Assembly: GCA_017983465.1 (NCBI GenBank) | Contig: JAGOBK010000007.1 | Location: 33,685 to 97,684 of the forward strand | Origin: Crocinitomicaceae bacterium | Lineage (GTDB): Bacteria > Bacteroidota > Bacteroidia > Flavobacteriales_D > Crocinitomicaceae | Direction: 5' to 3' | Length of the DNA: 64,000 bases | Part shown: piece by piece, positions 20,001 to 29,964 of the stretch | How positions within the stretch are numbered: the stretch's first letter is position 1 | Layout: each line of letters starts with the position of its first letter | Translations under genes and position numbers: made by a program | The notes under the pieces: generated by a model | The model's database searches: none | What the model was told of the DNA's origin: nothing | The model's input: the letters and a program-made list of their open reading frames with translations, nothing else

Positions 20001-22012
20001 GGTTTCAAGGTGTATGTCGTTCGACGATTTTTTTGATGGGCTTTTTCTTTTTCGTTCACATCACTAATGGCGTTAATTGCGGCATCTGTCATGATCGGTG
20101 TCGATGAGCCGTATCCTTTGTAACTCAATTGTGTTTCAGGGATTCCTTTACTTGTTAGGAAATCTTTAACCGCTTTCGCACGATTGGTCGATAAGAGTAA
20201 ATTGTCTTGTGCATTACCACGTGAATCGGTATGTCCACCAATTTCAATTTTCAAATTTGGATGTGCCTTCAAGTAATTTGCAAAGGATGTTAATTCCACA
20301 ATCGATTCTGGACGTAATTTAGCTTGATTTAAATCAAAGAATACATTCGAAAGAACATTTTCTGTGGAGGAATTTTCAGGATTCAATGGGATTTGAAGGT
20401 GGTAGCTTTGTTCGTTTTCCTTCAAGGTCATATTGAAATTCAAAGAATAGGGTAGGTAGCCGGGATAATTGACTTCAATTGCATAATCCGTATTGATTGG
20501 CAATGGAACCATGAACGTTCCGTCTGTTGCATCTGCTTTGGATTGAATAACAACTTGACCAGTAGAAAGATTGGTCAATTGGAAACTTGCTCCAAGTGAC
20601 TTTTTCGTTTTGGCATCGAATACGAATCCATCGAAATAAAGCGTTTTAATTGGTTGATCTTCCTTCGGTAACTCGAAATAATAGATGTCCATTAGGCCAT
20701 ATCCACCCGGACGATCAGAAGCAAAATAGGCAATGTCGCCTTCTGGAGAAACCATCAGCGAATTTTCATCTGAAAGCGTATTAATAGGATACCCTAAGTT
20801 CTGTGGTAGTCCCCAATTTCCTTTTGCATCCATACGGGAAACATAAAGGTCAGAACCTCCCATACCCACGTGTCCACGGGATGCAAAATACAAAGTTTTT
20901 CCATCGGGATGAATGAGTACTGATTCTTCGTTTTGGTTCGAATTGATGTGCGGAGGCAATGGTTCAGCGGCACTCCAGGTACCATCAGCTAATAAACGTG
21001 ATACGTATATGTCTGAGTCTCTTTTGCCTTCTCGGCTGCGTAATCCTCGTATGAAATACAGAGTTTTTCCATCTGCAGAGAGCGATGGTTGTGTTTCCCA
21101 GTGTGTGGAATTCACTTTTCCCGGAAGATTCACGGGATTACTCCATAATTTACCAAGTTGCTCGGTAACGAATAAGTCGCAACTTCCTTTTCCTTGACGA
21201 TTTGCGCCATAATCTACGCCACTTTCATCCGTACATGCCACGAAGATTAACTTCTTTCCATCCGGCGAAATGCTTGGAGCACCTTCGTTGTAAGGTGTGT
21301 TGACATTTCGAGGCATGGGATAAGATCTACTCCAGGCTTTGTCGATTTGATGCGTTATGTAAAAGTCTTCTTGTTCTCGTTTGTTTTCTCCCTGAAATTC
21401 AACAAGTCTTCGGGTGAAAAGCATGGTGTTTCCATCAACGGTAATGGTGGGATAGTATTCAGAGAAATTCGTATTGACCGATGGACCAATATTCTTTGGT
21501 TCAAAGGGTTTTGGGTTTTTCATTGCTTGAATGGCAAAGTTTGCACAGTCTTGCATGCGACGAACCGTTCCTAAATTCTCTTCTTTTGCGTTTGGATTTT
21601 TTAAGTAACGCGAACAACTTAGAATGGCGCCATTGTAATCAGCCGTAGCCATTTGACAGGTCGCTAAATGGTAAACGGTGGATCCACTTATACTGTGATT
21701 TGGATCAATCTCCAAGGCACGGTTATAGTGAAAAATAGCTTGCTTGTAATTTCGTTGAATTTCATTGAATTCCGCACTCAACAAATGTGCTTCCCAAAAA
21801 TTAGAGTCCTTTTCTAAGGACTTGTCTAGAAGTTCGATGCCACTTTTGAAGTCGTAGGCACCAGTCATCGGATTCATTCCTTCCTTGGGTGCTTTCTCTG
21901 CCAATTCAAAATAATGAATCGCTTTTTTATTAGAACTTGAATAAGGGAACTGCGCTGTCGAACAACCGTAAAAGAATAGGATAAAGATGGGTAATAGTAG
22001 CGCGTTTCTCAT
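19997..22012 (-). CDS. TPR / TolB-like beta-propeller / OmpA-domain outer-membrane-associated protein
   Basis: 671 aa. Lipobox-like FFYGC. TPR region, PD40-type repeats, and a C-terminal OmpA-like domain (GHTDSRG...NRRTTY). Confidence 0.7.
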   Translation of the reverse strand: MRNALLLPIFILFFYGCSTAQFPYSSSNKKAIHYFELAEKAPKEGMNPMTGAYDFKSGIELLDKSLEKDSNFWEAHLLSAEFNEIQRNYKQAIFHYNRALEIDPNHSISGSTVYHLATCQMATADYNGAILSCSRYLKNPNAKEENLGTVRRMQDCANFAIQAMKNPKPFEPKNIGPSVNTNFSEYYPTITVDGNTMLFTRRLVEFQGENKREQEDFYITHQIDKAWSRSYPMPRNVNTPYNEGAPSISPDGKKLIFVACTDESGVDYGANRQGKGSCDLFVTEQLGKLWSNPVNLPGKVNSTHWETQPSLSADGKTLYFIRGLRSREGKRDSDIYVSRLLADGTWSAAEPLPPHINSNQNEESVLIHPDGKTLYFASRGHVGMGGSDLYVSRMDAKGNWGLPQNLGYPINTLSDENSLMVSPEGDIAYFASDRPGGYGLMDIYYFELPKEDQPIKTLYFDGFVFDAKTKKSLGASFQLTNLSTGQVVIQSKADATDGTFMVPLPINTDYAIEVNYPGYLPYSLNFNMTLKENEQSYHLQIPLNPENSSTENVLSNVFFDLNQAKLRPESIVELTSFANYLKAHPNLKIEIGGHTDSRGNAQDNLLLSTNRAKAVKDFLTSKGIPETQLSYKGYGSSTPIMTDAAINAISDVNEKEKAHQKNRRTTYTLKP

Positions 22013-22636
22013 TTAAGGAATGTTCATGAATTTATGAGTTTGTAACGAAATCTTCCATTTTTGGTTACCTTTCACATAATCGATGATGAGTGGGAGTAAT
22101 TTATCCTGTTTTTCCCATTCTGGTTGCAAGTATAACTGACAGTTCGAAGACACTTTTTCTGCGTGTTCTTCTGCCCAGGTAAAATCAGAAACATGATTAA
22201 TAACCACCTTTAATTCTTTGGCTTTTTCGTATGCTTCCTCAATAGGTTTCATGAATTTCTTTGGAGAAAAACAATACCAATCGATGGGTACATCAAGGTT
22301 GTGAACTCCTGCCGTTTCAATGGCTACTTCAATGCCATGTTCGTGTAAACAATTCACTAGTTCCAATAAGGAATGCATTGTAGGTTCACCTCCTGTAATC
22401 ACAACAAACCGAGCATGAACAGATAGTACTTCTGCTAAAATGGCATCCAATGTCATCAACTGATCAGGAGTACTTGTCCAGCTTTCTTTTACATCACACC
22501 ACACGCAACCAACATCACATCCTGCTGTACGAATGAAATAGGCCGCACGTCCAGTATGAAAACCTTCACCTTGTATCGTGAAGAAATGTTCCATGATTGG
22601 CAGTTGGGTGTTTGAAGTAGATCGATGGTTTGACAT
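22013..22636 (-). CDS. queE: 7-carboxy-7-deazaguanine synthase (radical SAM)
   Basis: 207 aa. FTIQGEG and CDVGCVWCD (CX3CX2C-type cluster). Confidence 0.85.
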   Translation of the reverse strand: MSNHRSTSNTQLPIMEHFFTIQGEGFHTGRAAYFIRTAGCDVGCVWCDVKESWTSTPDQLMTLDAILAEVLSVHARFVVITGGEPTMHSLLELVNCLHEHGIEVAIETAGVHNLDVPIDWYCFSPKKFMKPIEEAYEKAKELKVVINHVSDFTWAEEHAEKVSSNCQLYLQPEWEKQDKLLPLIIDYVKGNQKWKISLQTHKFMNIP

Positions 22637-22640
22637 AAGG

Positions 22641-22648
22641 CAAAGTTA
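22641..22648 (-). promoter_or_regulatory. -7 promoter box TAACTTTG (queE)
   Basis: Exact TAnnTTTG match 4 nt upstream of ATG 22636. No clear -33 element. Confidence 0.35.
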
Positions 22649-22832
22649 AGCAATTCTACTTGTTAATTTTGGTGCTTTTCAGTTCTAATTTCCCTTGTTC
22701 CTCAAATAGTAGAAGTTCTATTTGGCGTGGAGACTTTTGTAGGTATGAACGAAACTTAAACTCAATAAAATTAGTTCACCTTCAGACAAGATATGAATTC
22801 AATTTTATGGTGTTTATAATTGTTTGAAGCGC

Positions 22833-24071
22833 TTATCCTTTGGCTAATTCGTAGCGCAACCAGTTTAAGGCGCATAAAACGGTCATTTGAATGTTTCTTT
22901 CTCGGTTGTCTCCGAATTGAAATTTGCGTGCAACGGTTTTACCGGAAATACACAATCCTATCCAAACCAATCCTACCGGTTTATCAACGGAACCCCCATT
23001 TGGTCCGGCAATGCCAGTGGTAGAGATGCATACATCCACGCCTAATTTTTTCGCACCATTTTCAGCCATTTCGATGGCAACTTTTTCACTCACGGCTCCT
23101 TCCGACAATATTGCGTTTACCGAAACGTCACAAAGACGATGCTTCAAATCGTTGGAATAGGTGAGAAGTGAACCCATAAAATAATCGGACGCTCCAGAAA
23201 CACTGGTGATTTGCTGAGCTAGAAGTCCGCTTGTAAGGCTTTCCACTGTACCAATTGTTTTTCCTTTGGTTTTCAATATCGAACCAATCACATCTGGCAA
23301 GGTGTCATTTTCATAACCAAAAACAGCTTCTGGAAGTCGATTTGCTAATTCCTGGAAAAACTCCATGATTTCAGACTGATCTACTTTTCCTTCGAAGGAG
23401 GTAATGCGCAGTTTGACTAGTCCTGGTGAAGGAAGGTAGGCTAAACCAAATCCCCTTTCTCGAATGCGGTCTTCCCAATCGCAAATCTGTTCAGCCAGAA
23501 AGGATTCGCCAATTCCTTGTGTTAGCGCCGTGTAATGGTACATTGCTTTTAGTTGGAAGCGTTGCATCAATCGAGGAATTAATTCTTCCATGACGATGCC
23601 TTTCATCTCGTAGGGAACACCTGGTAAGGAAACACAATAGCGACCATTTTTCTCAAACATCATTCCTGCGGCAGTACCATAATTGTTTGTCAAAATTTCA
23701 CAATCGACCGGTAAGGCTGCTTGTTGAATATTCGATTCCAACATCGGACGATTACGAGAGGCGAAATATGCTTCGATTTTCGTTAGTGTTGGTTGATGTA
23801 TTTCTAGTGTTGTTCCAATATATTCACACAACGTATGTTTGGTGATGTCATCCTTCGTTGGACCTAGTCCGCCGGTAATAATCACACAATTTGTTTCTGG
23901 ATAACATTGATCGAGTGCCTCAAGAATTCGCTGCTTGTCATCGGCAACAACAAGGGAACGCGTTACACGAGCACCAATTTTTGATAATTCTTGTCCTAGC
24001 CACGAAGCGTTTGTGTTAATGGTTTGTCCAATCAACAACTCATCGCCGATGGCTAATATTTCAATGTTCAT
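22833..24071 (-). CDS. cinA: CinA-family competence/damage-inducible protein (NMN amidohydrolase type)
   Basis: 412 aa. N-terminal MoCF-binding domain (ILAIGDELLIGQ, GGLGPTKDD) plus the CinA C-terminal domain. Confidence 0.85.
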   Translation of the reverse strand: MNIEILAIGDELLIGQTINTNASWLGQELSKIGARVTRSLVVADDKQRILEALDQCYPETNCVIITGGLGPTKDDITKHTLCEYIGTTLEIHQPTLTKIEAYFASRNRPMLESNIQQAALPVDCEILTNNYGTAAGMMFEKNGRYCVSLPGVPYEMKGIVMEELIPRLMQRFQLKAMYHYTALTQGIGESFLAEQICDWEDRIRERGFGLAYLPSPGLVKLRITSFEGKVDQSEIMEFFQELANRLPEAVFGYENDTLPDVIGSILKTKGKTIGTVESLTSGLLAQQITSVSGASDYFMGSLLTYSNDLKHRLCDVSVNAILSEGAVSEKVAIEMAENGAKKLGVDVCISTTGIAGPNGGSVDKPVGLVWIGLCISGKTVARKFQFGDNRERNIQMTVLCALNWLRYELAKG

Positions 24072-25495
24072 TTTCGAACGAATTTAGCAATGGATTCGAT
24101 GTGTCCTGTATGTGGGAATTGATCAGCTAACGCATATTTCTCTAGTACGTATCCTGCTTCATTCAAGGTGTTTGCATCCCTCGCTTGTGTGGATGGATTA
24201 CACGAAATATACACGATGTGTTGAGCGCCTAAATCAATGACTTTCTGCAATGTTTTTGGTGCAATTCCGGCTCTTGGCGGATCCAAAACAATACAAGAAA
24301 TATTCCCTTGGTAATGTGGGTATTCTTTCAGGAATTTACCTACATCCGCAGCATAGAAATCGATGCTGTGAATCCCATTTTTTTTCGCGTTTTCACGAGC
24401 ATCTTCAATCGCTTTCTCGATGATGTCGACACCAACGATTTTAACGTTTGGATTTCGTTTCGCTAATAATTGTCCAATTGTTCCTGTCCCACAAAATAAA
24501 TCCATAACTACTTTTTCAGCTGGAATTTCTTCCTCAAAAACGTAATCAAGTGCTTTTGCGTACAGTAATTCGGCGCAAGATGGATTTGTTTGAAAGAAAC
24601 TTTCCATCGAGATTTGAAAGGTCAAACCGGAAAGAACTTCTTCAATCACTTCTTGTCCAAAAATCAGTTTAGATGTCCCATTTTCAATCTTTGCACGGTC
24701 TGCAACATTGTCATTTTCGGTATGCCATAATCCAGCAATTCTTCCTGGAAGTAATTTTTGTAGAAAGTCTCCAAATTTAATAGCATCAAATTGCTTGTCA
24801 ACATCCGATGAAGTCACTAAATTCAGGAGGATTTGATTCGTGTGAAAGGATTTTCTTACAACAATATGACGAAAGAAACCGACTTTCTTTGGTGGATGCC
24901 AAGCGGGAAGATTCGTAGCTTTTAGGTATAACCGAATTTCACGAAGTTTGGTTTCCCATTCTTCATCAAACATACCAGAAGCCTTGTTCAAGCTTTCTAC
25001 TTTCCACCAAGTTCCTCTTCGTTTAAATCCTAAAGCGAATGCATCGTCTAACTCTTCATTCGTTTCTAAATCATGTTCAATACAGGAGAAACTGTATTCC
25101 ATTTTATTTCGATAGAAATAATGTTTCGGTGAAGAAATAAAAGAGTCGAAACGTTCGCGAACTTCTTTGATTCCACTGAGACGCTCAAATGTAGTCAGTG
25201 TAGATTCGCGTTTAACTTCTTCTTGTTTTTCAACAGGAACATGAATATAAGGTCCACCGGATATTTCTTGAAAGCGTTGTTCTGTTTCAAATTCCGAGCG
25301 TTTTTCTACTTCGATTAATTTCGCTTCTGCGTAGTTCTTTCGTTTCGTTTCAATGCGAACACGTACGGTTTGACCAGGGAAGGTGTTATCCACAAAAACA
25401 ACAAATTGACCATGTTCTGTTTCTAACTTCGCAATCCCTCTTCCACCAAAAGCATAGTCCGTAATTTCAACGGAAATTTCATCTCCTCTTTTCAT
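24068..25495 (-). CDS. rlmD: 23S rRNA (uracil-C5)-methyltransferase RlmD-like
   Basis: 475 aa. N-terminal TRAM domain. SAM-binding DLFCGTG. Catalytic ISCNPST. Confidence 0.8.
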   Translation of the reverse strand: MKRGDEISVEITDYAFGGRGIAKLETEHGQFVVFVDNTFPGQTVRVRIETKRKNYAEAKLIEVEKRSEFETEQRFQEISGGPYIHVPVEKQEEVKRESTLTTFERLSGIKEVRERFDSFISSPKHYFYRNKMEYSFSCIEHDLETNEELDDAFALGFKRRGTWWKVESLNKASGMFDEEWETKLREIRLYLKATNLPAWHPPKKVGFFRHIVVRKSFHTNQILLNLVTSSDVDKQFDAIKFGDFLQKLLPGRIAGLWHTENDNVADRAKIENGTSKLIFGQEVIEEVLSGLTFQISMESFFQTNPSCAELLYAKALDYVFEEEIPAEKVVMDLFCGTGTIGQLLAKRNPNVKIVGVDIIEKAIEDARENAKKNGIHSIDFYAADVGKFLKEYPHYQGNISCIVLDPPRAGIAPKTLQKVIDLGAQHIVYISCNPSTQARDANTLNEAGYVLEKYALADQFPHTGHIESIAKFVRK

Positions 25496-25496
25496 C

Positions 25497-26273
25497 TTAA
25501 ATCATTCCTCGAATTACGCCTTTATCAGAAGCTTGTATAAATCCAACGATTTCATCACGTAAAGGTGTTTTATCCATGCTTTGCAGCACTGCATCGATAC
25601 CTTTCGACAAGTTGCTATTTTGCACATAAATCGTGCGGTAGATATCTTCGATTTCGCGTACTTGCTCATCTGAATACCCTCTTCTTCTCAATCCCACTGA
25701 ATTCACACCTGCAAAAGTAAGTGGCTCTCGAGCCGCTTTGATGTAGGGAGGGACATCTTTACGAATGAGTGATGCTCCACCAATAAAAGCGTGTTTTCCA
25801 ATATGAGCGAATTGTTGTGCCGCCACTTTTCCTTCAAGAATGGCAAAATCATCGATGATGACATGTCCAGAAAGTCCAGTATAACTCGCTAAAATCACGT
25901 TGTTGCCAATTTGACAATCATGCGCAATGTGTACGTAAGTCATCAAAAGACAATTGTCTCCAACAGAGGTTTTCATTTTATCACTTGTGCCACGGTGAAT
26001 CGTCACGCATTCACGGATTTTCGTGTTGTTGCCAATTTCGACAGTTGTGTATTCATTGTCGAATTTCAAATCCTGAGGGATAACACCAACTACTGCTCCT
26101 GGGAAAACTTCACAATCCTCACCAATTCGTGTACCGGGATACAAAGCTACATTTGAATGAATTCTCGTTCCATTTCCAATGATGACATCCTCGTGAATGA
26201 CAGCGAATGGATCAATTCGGACGTTTTGTCCAATCTGGGCATCTTTCGAGACCGAGGCTAAAGATGAAATCAT
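25497..26273 (-). CDS. lpxA: acyl-ACP--UDP-GlcNAc O-acyltransferase
   Basis: 258 aa. Left-handed beta-helix hexapeptide repeats plus the helical LpxA C-terminal domain. Confidence 0.88.
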   Translation of the reverse strand: MISSLASVSKDAQIGQNVRIDPFAVIHEDVIIGNGTRIHSNVALYPGTRIGEDCEVFPGAVVGVIPQDLKFDNEYTTVEIGNNTKIRECVTIHRGTSDKMKTSVGDNCLLMTYVHIAHDCQIGNNVILASYTGLSGHVIIDDFAILEGKVAAQQFAHIGKHAFIGGASLIRKDVPPYIKAAREPLTFAGVNSVGLRRRGYSDEQVREIEDIYRTIYVQNSNLSKGIDAVLQSMDKTPLRDEIVGFIQASDKGVIRGMI

Positions 26274-27674
26274 TTATTCTTTGTCTTTAATAATTTGTGC
26301 GAGCATACTTGCTTCGGAAACAACTTTTCCATTTACATATGCTTTACCACTCATTTCCACTAATCCACGTCGGATCGGTGATGTCAATACCAATTCAAAT
26401 ACAACTGTATCTCCAGGCATTACTTTTTGTTTAAATCGCACATTGTCGATTTTCATGAAATACGTAGAATACAAATGTGGATCCTCGACTTTCGTTAAAG
26501 CGAAAATACCACCAACTTGTGCCATTGCCTCAATTTGCAAAACACCTGGAAAAACTGGATTACCAGGGAAGTGTCCAGTGAATTGAGGTTCGTTCATAGT
26601 GATATTTTTCACACCTAAGATCGAGTTTTCCTGTATTTCAATGATCTTATCGACCATTAAAAATGGATATCTATGTGGTAAAATACGTTCAATATCATTG
26701 ATATCGTATACCGGATCTTTGGTTAAATCGAAATGACGTCCTTGATTTTGTTGTTTTTTAATCTGCTCTTTCAACACTTTTGCAAAACGAACATTCCCAG
26801 AATGTCCGGGACGTGCAGCTAAAATGTGTGCTTTGATCGGTTTCCCAACTAAGGCTAAGTCACCGACAATGTCTAACAGTTTATGGCGAGCTGGCTCATT
26901 TTCGTACTGAAGTTTCGTGCTATTCAACACCCCAATTCCATCAATGGATACTTGAAGTTTATCTTTCCCTAACAATTTTGCCAGGCGATCCAATTCTTCT
27001 TGTGCGACTTCTGGACGATCAACCAAAACAATTGCATTGTCCAAGTCTCCTCCTTTGATGAGGTTGTTACTTGCTAAATATTCTAGTTCTCTTAGAAATA
27101 CAAATGTTCTACATTTTGCAATTTCCTTTTTAAAATCACCAAGTTGGTACATGCTTGCATGCTGTGTTCCTAGAACTGGTGAATTGTAGTCAACCATCAC
27201 CGTTAAACGATAATTGACATCTGGAATCGCTAAGAATTCAATTCCTTTTTCCAGGTCTTCCCATGGAATGTTCTCATTTAATTCAAAATAATCTCTATCA
27301 GCAGTTTGATCTTCGAATCCAACGCGTTCAATTTCATTGACAAAAAGAATCGCACTTCCATCCATGATTGGAATTTCAGGCCCGTTGATTTTGATCAGTG
27401 CATTGTCCACTTGACATGCGTACAAGGCTGCAAGCACATGCTCAGTTGTATACACACGTGCACCATGTTGCTCAAGTGTAGTACCACGGTCAGTCGCTAC
27501 AACATAGTCCACATCGGCTTTGATAATTGGTTGATTTTCTAAGTCAACACGTTGAAATTTATATCCATGATTATCAGCAGCTGGACAAATTTCCATTGTT
27601 ACCGCTTCTCCTGTATGGAGTCCAACCCCGTTAAAAACAATGGATTCTTTGAGTGTGCGTTGTTTTTCTGTCAT
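26274..27674 (-). CDS. lpxC/fabZ: bifunctional UDP-3-O-acyl-GlcNAc deacetylase / 3-hydroxyacyl-ACP dehydratase
   Basis: 466 aa. N-terminal LpxC (GVGLHTGE, HKLLD). C-terminal FabZ hot-dog (HFPGNPVFPGVL). This fusion is typical of Bacteroidota. Confidence 0.92.
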   Translation of the reverse strand: MTEKQRTLKESIVFNGVGLHTGEAVTMEICPAADNHGYKFQRVDLENQPIIKADVDYVVATDRGTTLEQHGARVYTTEHVLAALYACQVDNALIKINGPEIPIMDGSAILFVNEIERVGFEDQTADRDYFELNENIPWEDLEKGIEFLAIPDVNYRLTVMVDYNSPVLGTQHASMYQLGDFKKEIAKCRTFVFLRELEYLASNNLIKGGDLDNAIVLVDRPEVAQEELDRLAKLLGKDKLQVSIDGIGVLNSTKLQYENEPARHKLLDIVGDLALVGKPIKAHILAARPGHSGNVRFAKVLKEQIKKQQNQGRHFDLTKDPVYDINDIERILPHRYPFLMVDKIIEIQENSILGVKNITMNEPQFTGHFPGNPVFPGVLQIEAMAQVGGIFALTKVEDPHLYSTYFMKIDNVRFKQKVMPGDTVVFELVLTSPIRRGLVEMSGKAYVNGKVVSEASMLAQIIKDKE

Positions 27675-27679
27675 TCTGT

Positions 27680-28720
27680 TTATTTTTTCATGAGTTCTTT
27701 AAACTGTCTTTCGAACTCATTTATTTTAGATAGGATAAATGGTAATTTTCTAAATCCGATGTAGGAACGTTTGAAATCGTTGTGGTTAAATGCAGGAGAC
27801 CCCATCAGTGTGTCCGCAGATTTTATCGTGGAAGGAATTCCAGATTGCGCAACGATTTTTGTATCATCCGCGATGTGCAAGTGTCCTGCGATTCCTGTTT
27901 GACCACCAATCATGACATGCTTGCCAATTTTAGCGGAACCAGCGATTCCAACTTGCGCAGCCATTGCTGTGTGCTGATCTACATCCACATTGTGTGCAAT
28001 TTGACATAAGTTGTCAATTTTAACACCTTTACGGATGTATGTCGAGCCCATTGTTGCTCGGTCTATGGAACAATTGGATCCGATTTCTACGTCATCCTCA
28101 ATGATGACATTCCCAATTTGAGGAATTTTTTGATAAACGCGATGTTCATCCGGCGCATAACCAAATCCATCTGAACCAATTACTGTTCCCGAGTGGATGA
28201 TCACATTGTTGCCAATTTGACAATCTGCATAAATGCTCACATTCGCGAAAAGAATGGAGTTGTCGCCAATTTGAACATGATCACCTAAGACAACATTTGG
28301 ATAGATTTGAACATTGTTACCGATTTTCACGTGCTTACCAATATAGGCGAAAGCTCCAATGTAAGGATCGCTTCCAACTGTTGCTGAATCGTGAATAAAA
28401 GATGGTTGTTCTATCTCCGGCTCTTTGCGATTCATGCTATTGTAAATCTCCAATAATTTCGCAAAGCATGCATAAGCATCGTCTACACGAATAAGCGTCA
28501 ATGTTGTAGGTAGCGCTTTCGAAGGACTGAACGTTTTATTGACAATACAAATGCTGGATCCAGTTGTATAGATGAATTCCTCGTATTTAGGATTGGAAAG
28601 AAAACTCAAAGAACCTTCGTTTCCTTCTTCAATTTTGGCTAGTCCATTGACACTGGCAGATGGATTCCCATCAACATCTCCTTGTAAAAGGCCAGCGATT
28701 TGTTCGGCTGTAAATTCCAT
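27680..28720 (-). CDS. lpxD: UDP-3-O-acylglucosamine N-acyltransferase
   Basis: 346 aa. MEFTAEQIAGLL N-terminus and a long hexapeptide-repeat helix. Confidence 0.9.
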   Translation of the reverse strand: MEFTAEQIAGLLQGDVDGNPSASVNGLAKIEEGNEGSLSFLSNPKYEEFIYTTGSSICIVNKTFSPSKALPTTLTLIRVDDAYACFAKLLEIYNSMNRKEPEIEQPSFIHDSATVGSDPYIGAFAYIGKHVKIGNNVQIYPNVVLGDHVQIGDNSILFANVSIYADCQIGNNVIIHSGTVIGSDGFGYAPDEHRVYQKIPQIGNVIIEDDVEIGSNCSIDRATMGSTYIRKGVKIDNLCQIAHNVDVDQHTAMAAQVGIAGSAKIGKHVMIGGQTGIAGHLHIADDTKIVAQSGIPSTIKSADTLMGSPAFNHNDFKRSYIGFRKLPFILSKINEFERQFKELMKK

Positions 28721-28724
28721 TAAT

Positions 28725-28732
28725 CAAAGTTA
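28725..28732 (-). promoter_or_regulatory. -7 promoter box TAACTTTG (lpxD array)
   Basis: Exact TAnnTTTG match 4 nt upstream of ATG 28720. Confidence 0.4.
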
Positions 28733-28797
28733 CAAAAAGGTAGAACGAAGAAACGGGGGTGAAAGTCAATTTATCAACAATAAAAAGTCCAATTTTG

Positions 28798-29508
28798 TTA
28801 GAAATCGAGGGTATCGATCGTTAAATCGTAAACTTTGATCTTGTCTTTGTACCAAATGCACTTAACGAACAAGGTTTCTTTTGACCTTTTGGAGACGTTA
28901 AATTGAAGGCAATGAACAGGTTTCGGATGTTGTGAAAGGTAAGAACGGTTAAAGTTGAAGCGTGCATTTTTGCGAATCAAACTGTTTAGTTCTTTATCGT
29001 TTTTGATTCCAATTGACTTCATTTTTTCCGTCAAAACACTGGAGGAATCCATGTAAAATAAGAACTCATTTTTCGGGATAAATAGAATTTTCCCAGGTAC
29101 TGATTTTTCTGAATTGGTTGGGGTAATTTGCTTCGCTTTTTTTGGAGAGAAAATAATTTCAGTCACAAAACTTTCGTCACCCATCGTCATGAAACAATGT
29201 TGTTTTTTCCCTTTTGACGATTCATAATCTATTCGGTAAACTTTGTCCAAACCTTGTTTTTTACTTTTTCCAAAGTCGACTGTACCTTCTTGTACGGTTT
29301 TCAAAAATTGTGCTTCAGTGAATCCTTGTTCTTCGATTTCAGCAACGGCTTCTTGGTTCACGACAATCATTCGGTTGAATAAATTGTCCTTCACGCGATT
29401 AGAAGGAAACCAGCTACATCCTTTGTTGTCGAACATAAACACCACCATGATTGCACCAATGGTAAATCCTAGTCCGTAATATTTTAATCTTCTAAAAAAA
29501 TCTTTCAT
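28798..29508 (-). CDS. membrane-anchored hypothetical protein
   Basis: 236 aa. Single N-terminal TM (YYGLGFTIGAIMVVFMF). No recognised motif. Confidence 0.55.
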   Translation of the reverse strand: MKDFFRRLKYYGLGFTIGAIMVVFMFDNKGCSWFPSNRVKDNLFNRMIVVNQEAVAEIEEQGFTEAQFLKTVQEGTVDFGKSKKQGLDKVYRIDYESSKGKKQHCFMTMGDESFVTEIIFSPKKAKQITPTNSEKSVPGKILFIPKNEFLFYMDSSSVLTEKMKSIGIKNDKELNSLIRKNARFNFNRSYLSQHPKPVHCLQFNVSKRSKETLFVKCIWYKDKIKVYDLTIDTLDF

Positions 29509-29513
29509 GGCAT

Positions 29514-29537
29514 AAAAAAAGGGAGCGAACTCCCTTT
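29514..29537 (-). terminator. intrinsic terminator of trxA (UUCG tetraloop)
   Basis: On the minus strand: AAAGGGAG-TTCG-CTCCCTTT followed by a T-run. It begins 4 nt after the trxA stop. Confidence 0.8.
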
Positions 29538-29541
29538 GAAA

Positions 29542-29859
29542 TTACATTAATGAATTTAGTTTTTCTTCCAGTACTGCTTTTGGAACAGCTCCAACTGATT
29601 TATCAACTACTTCACCATTTTTAATGAATAATACTGTTGGAATGCTACGAACACCAAATTGAGCAGAAACGCCTGAATTTAAATCCACGTTTACTTTACC
29701 AATAACCGCTTTTCCTTCATATTCGTTTGCCATTTCTTCGATAACTGGACCAATCATGCGGCAAGGACCACACCACTCAGCCCAAAAATCAACAACAACT
29801 GGTTTATCTGACTTCATGACTAATTCGTCAAAGTTCGCATCTGTGATTTCTAATGCCAT
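29542..29859 (-). CDS. trxA: thioredoxin
   Basis: Start re-set to [12 protein letters not shown] (105 aa). Active site WAEWCGPCR. The tracked ORF begins at an upstream TTG. Confidence 0.92.
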   Translation of the reverse strand: MALEITDANFDELVMKSDKPVVVDFWAEWCGPCRMIGPVIEEMANEYEGKAVIGKVNVDLNSGVSAQFGVRSIPTVLFIKNGEVVDKSVGAVPKAVLEEKLNSLM

Positions 29860-29964
29860 TTTATTTTGTTTTAAGTATTTAAATTCCCTTTTCGGGCGTA
29901 AAATTAAGTCAATTTCTTTAATCAAAGGTTACGCCAAACGCTTTTCTCGGTCAAAATGTCTGAA

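Noticed and set aside
22637-22832. A possible preQ1 riboswitch upstream of queE.
   Set aside because: By eye there is no P1 stem plus A-rich tail arrangement and no conserved preQ1-I core. The region is kept only as a low-interest unexplained spacer.
29860-29925. A 22-codon N-terminal extension of the thioredoxin ORF, starting at TTG.
   Set aside because: A canonical 105-aa thioredoxin starts at ATG 29859. The TTG lies inside a promoter-like GTAACCTTTGATTAA sequence.
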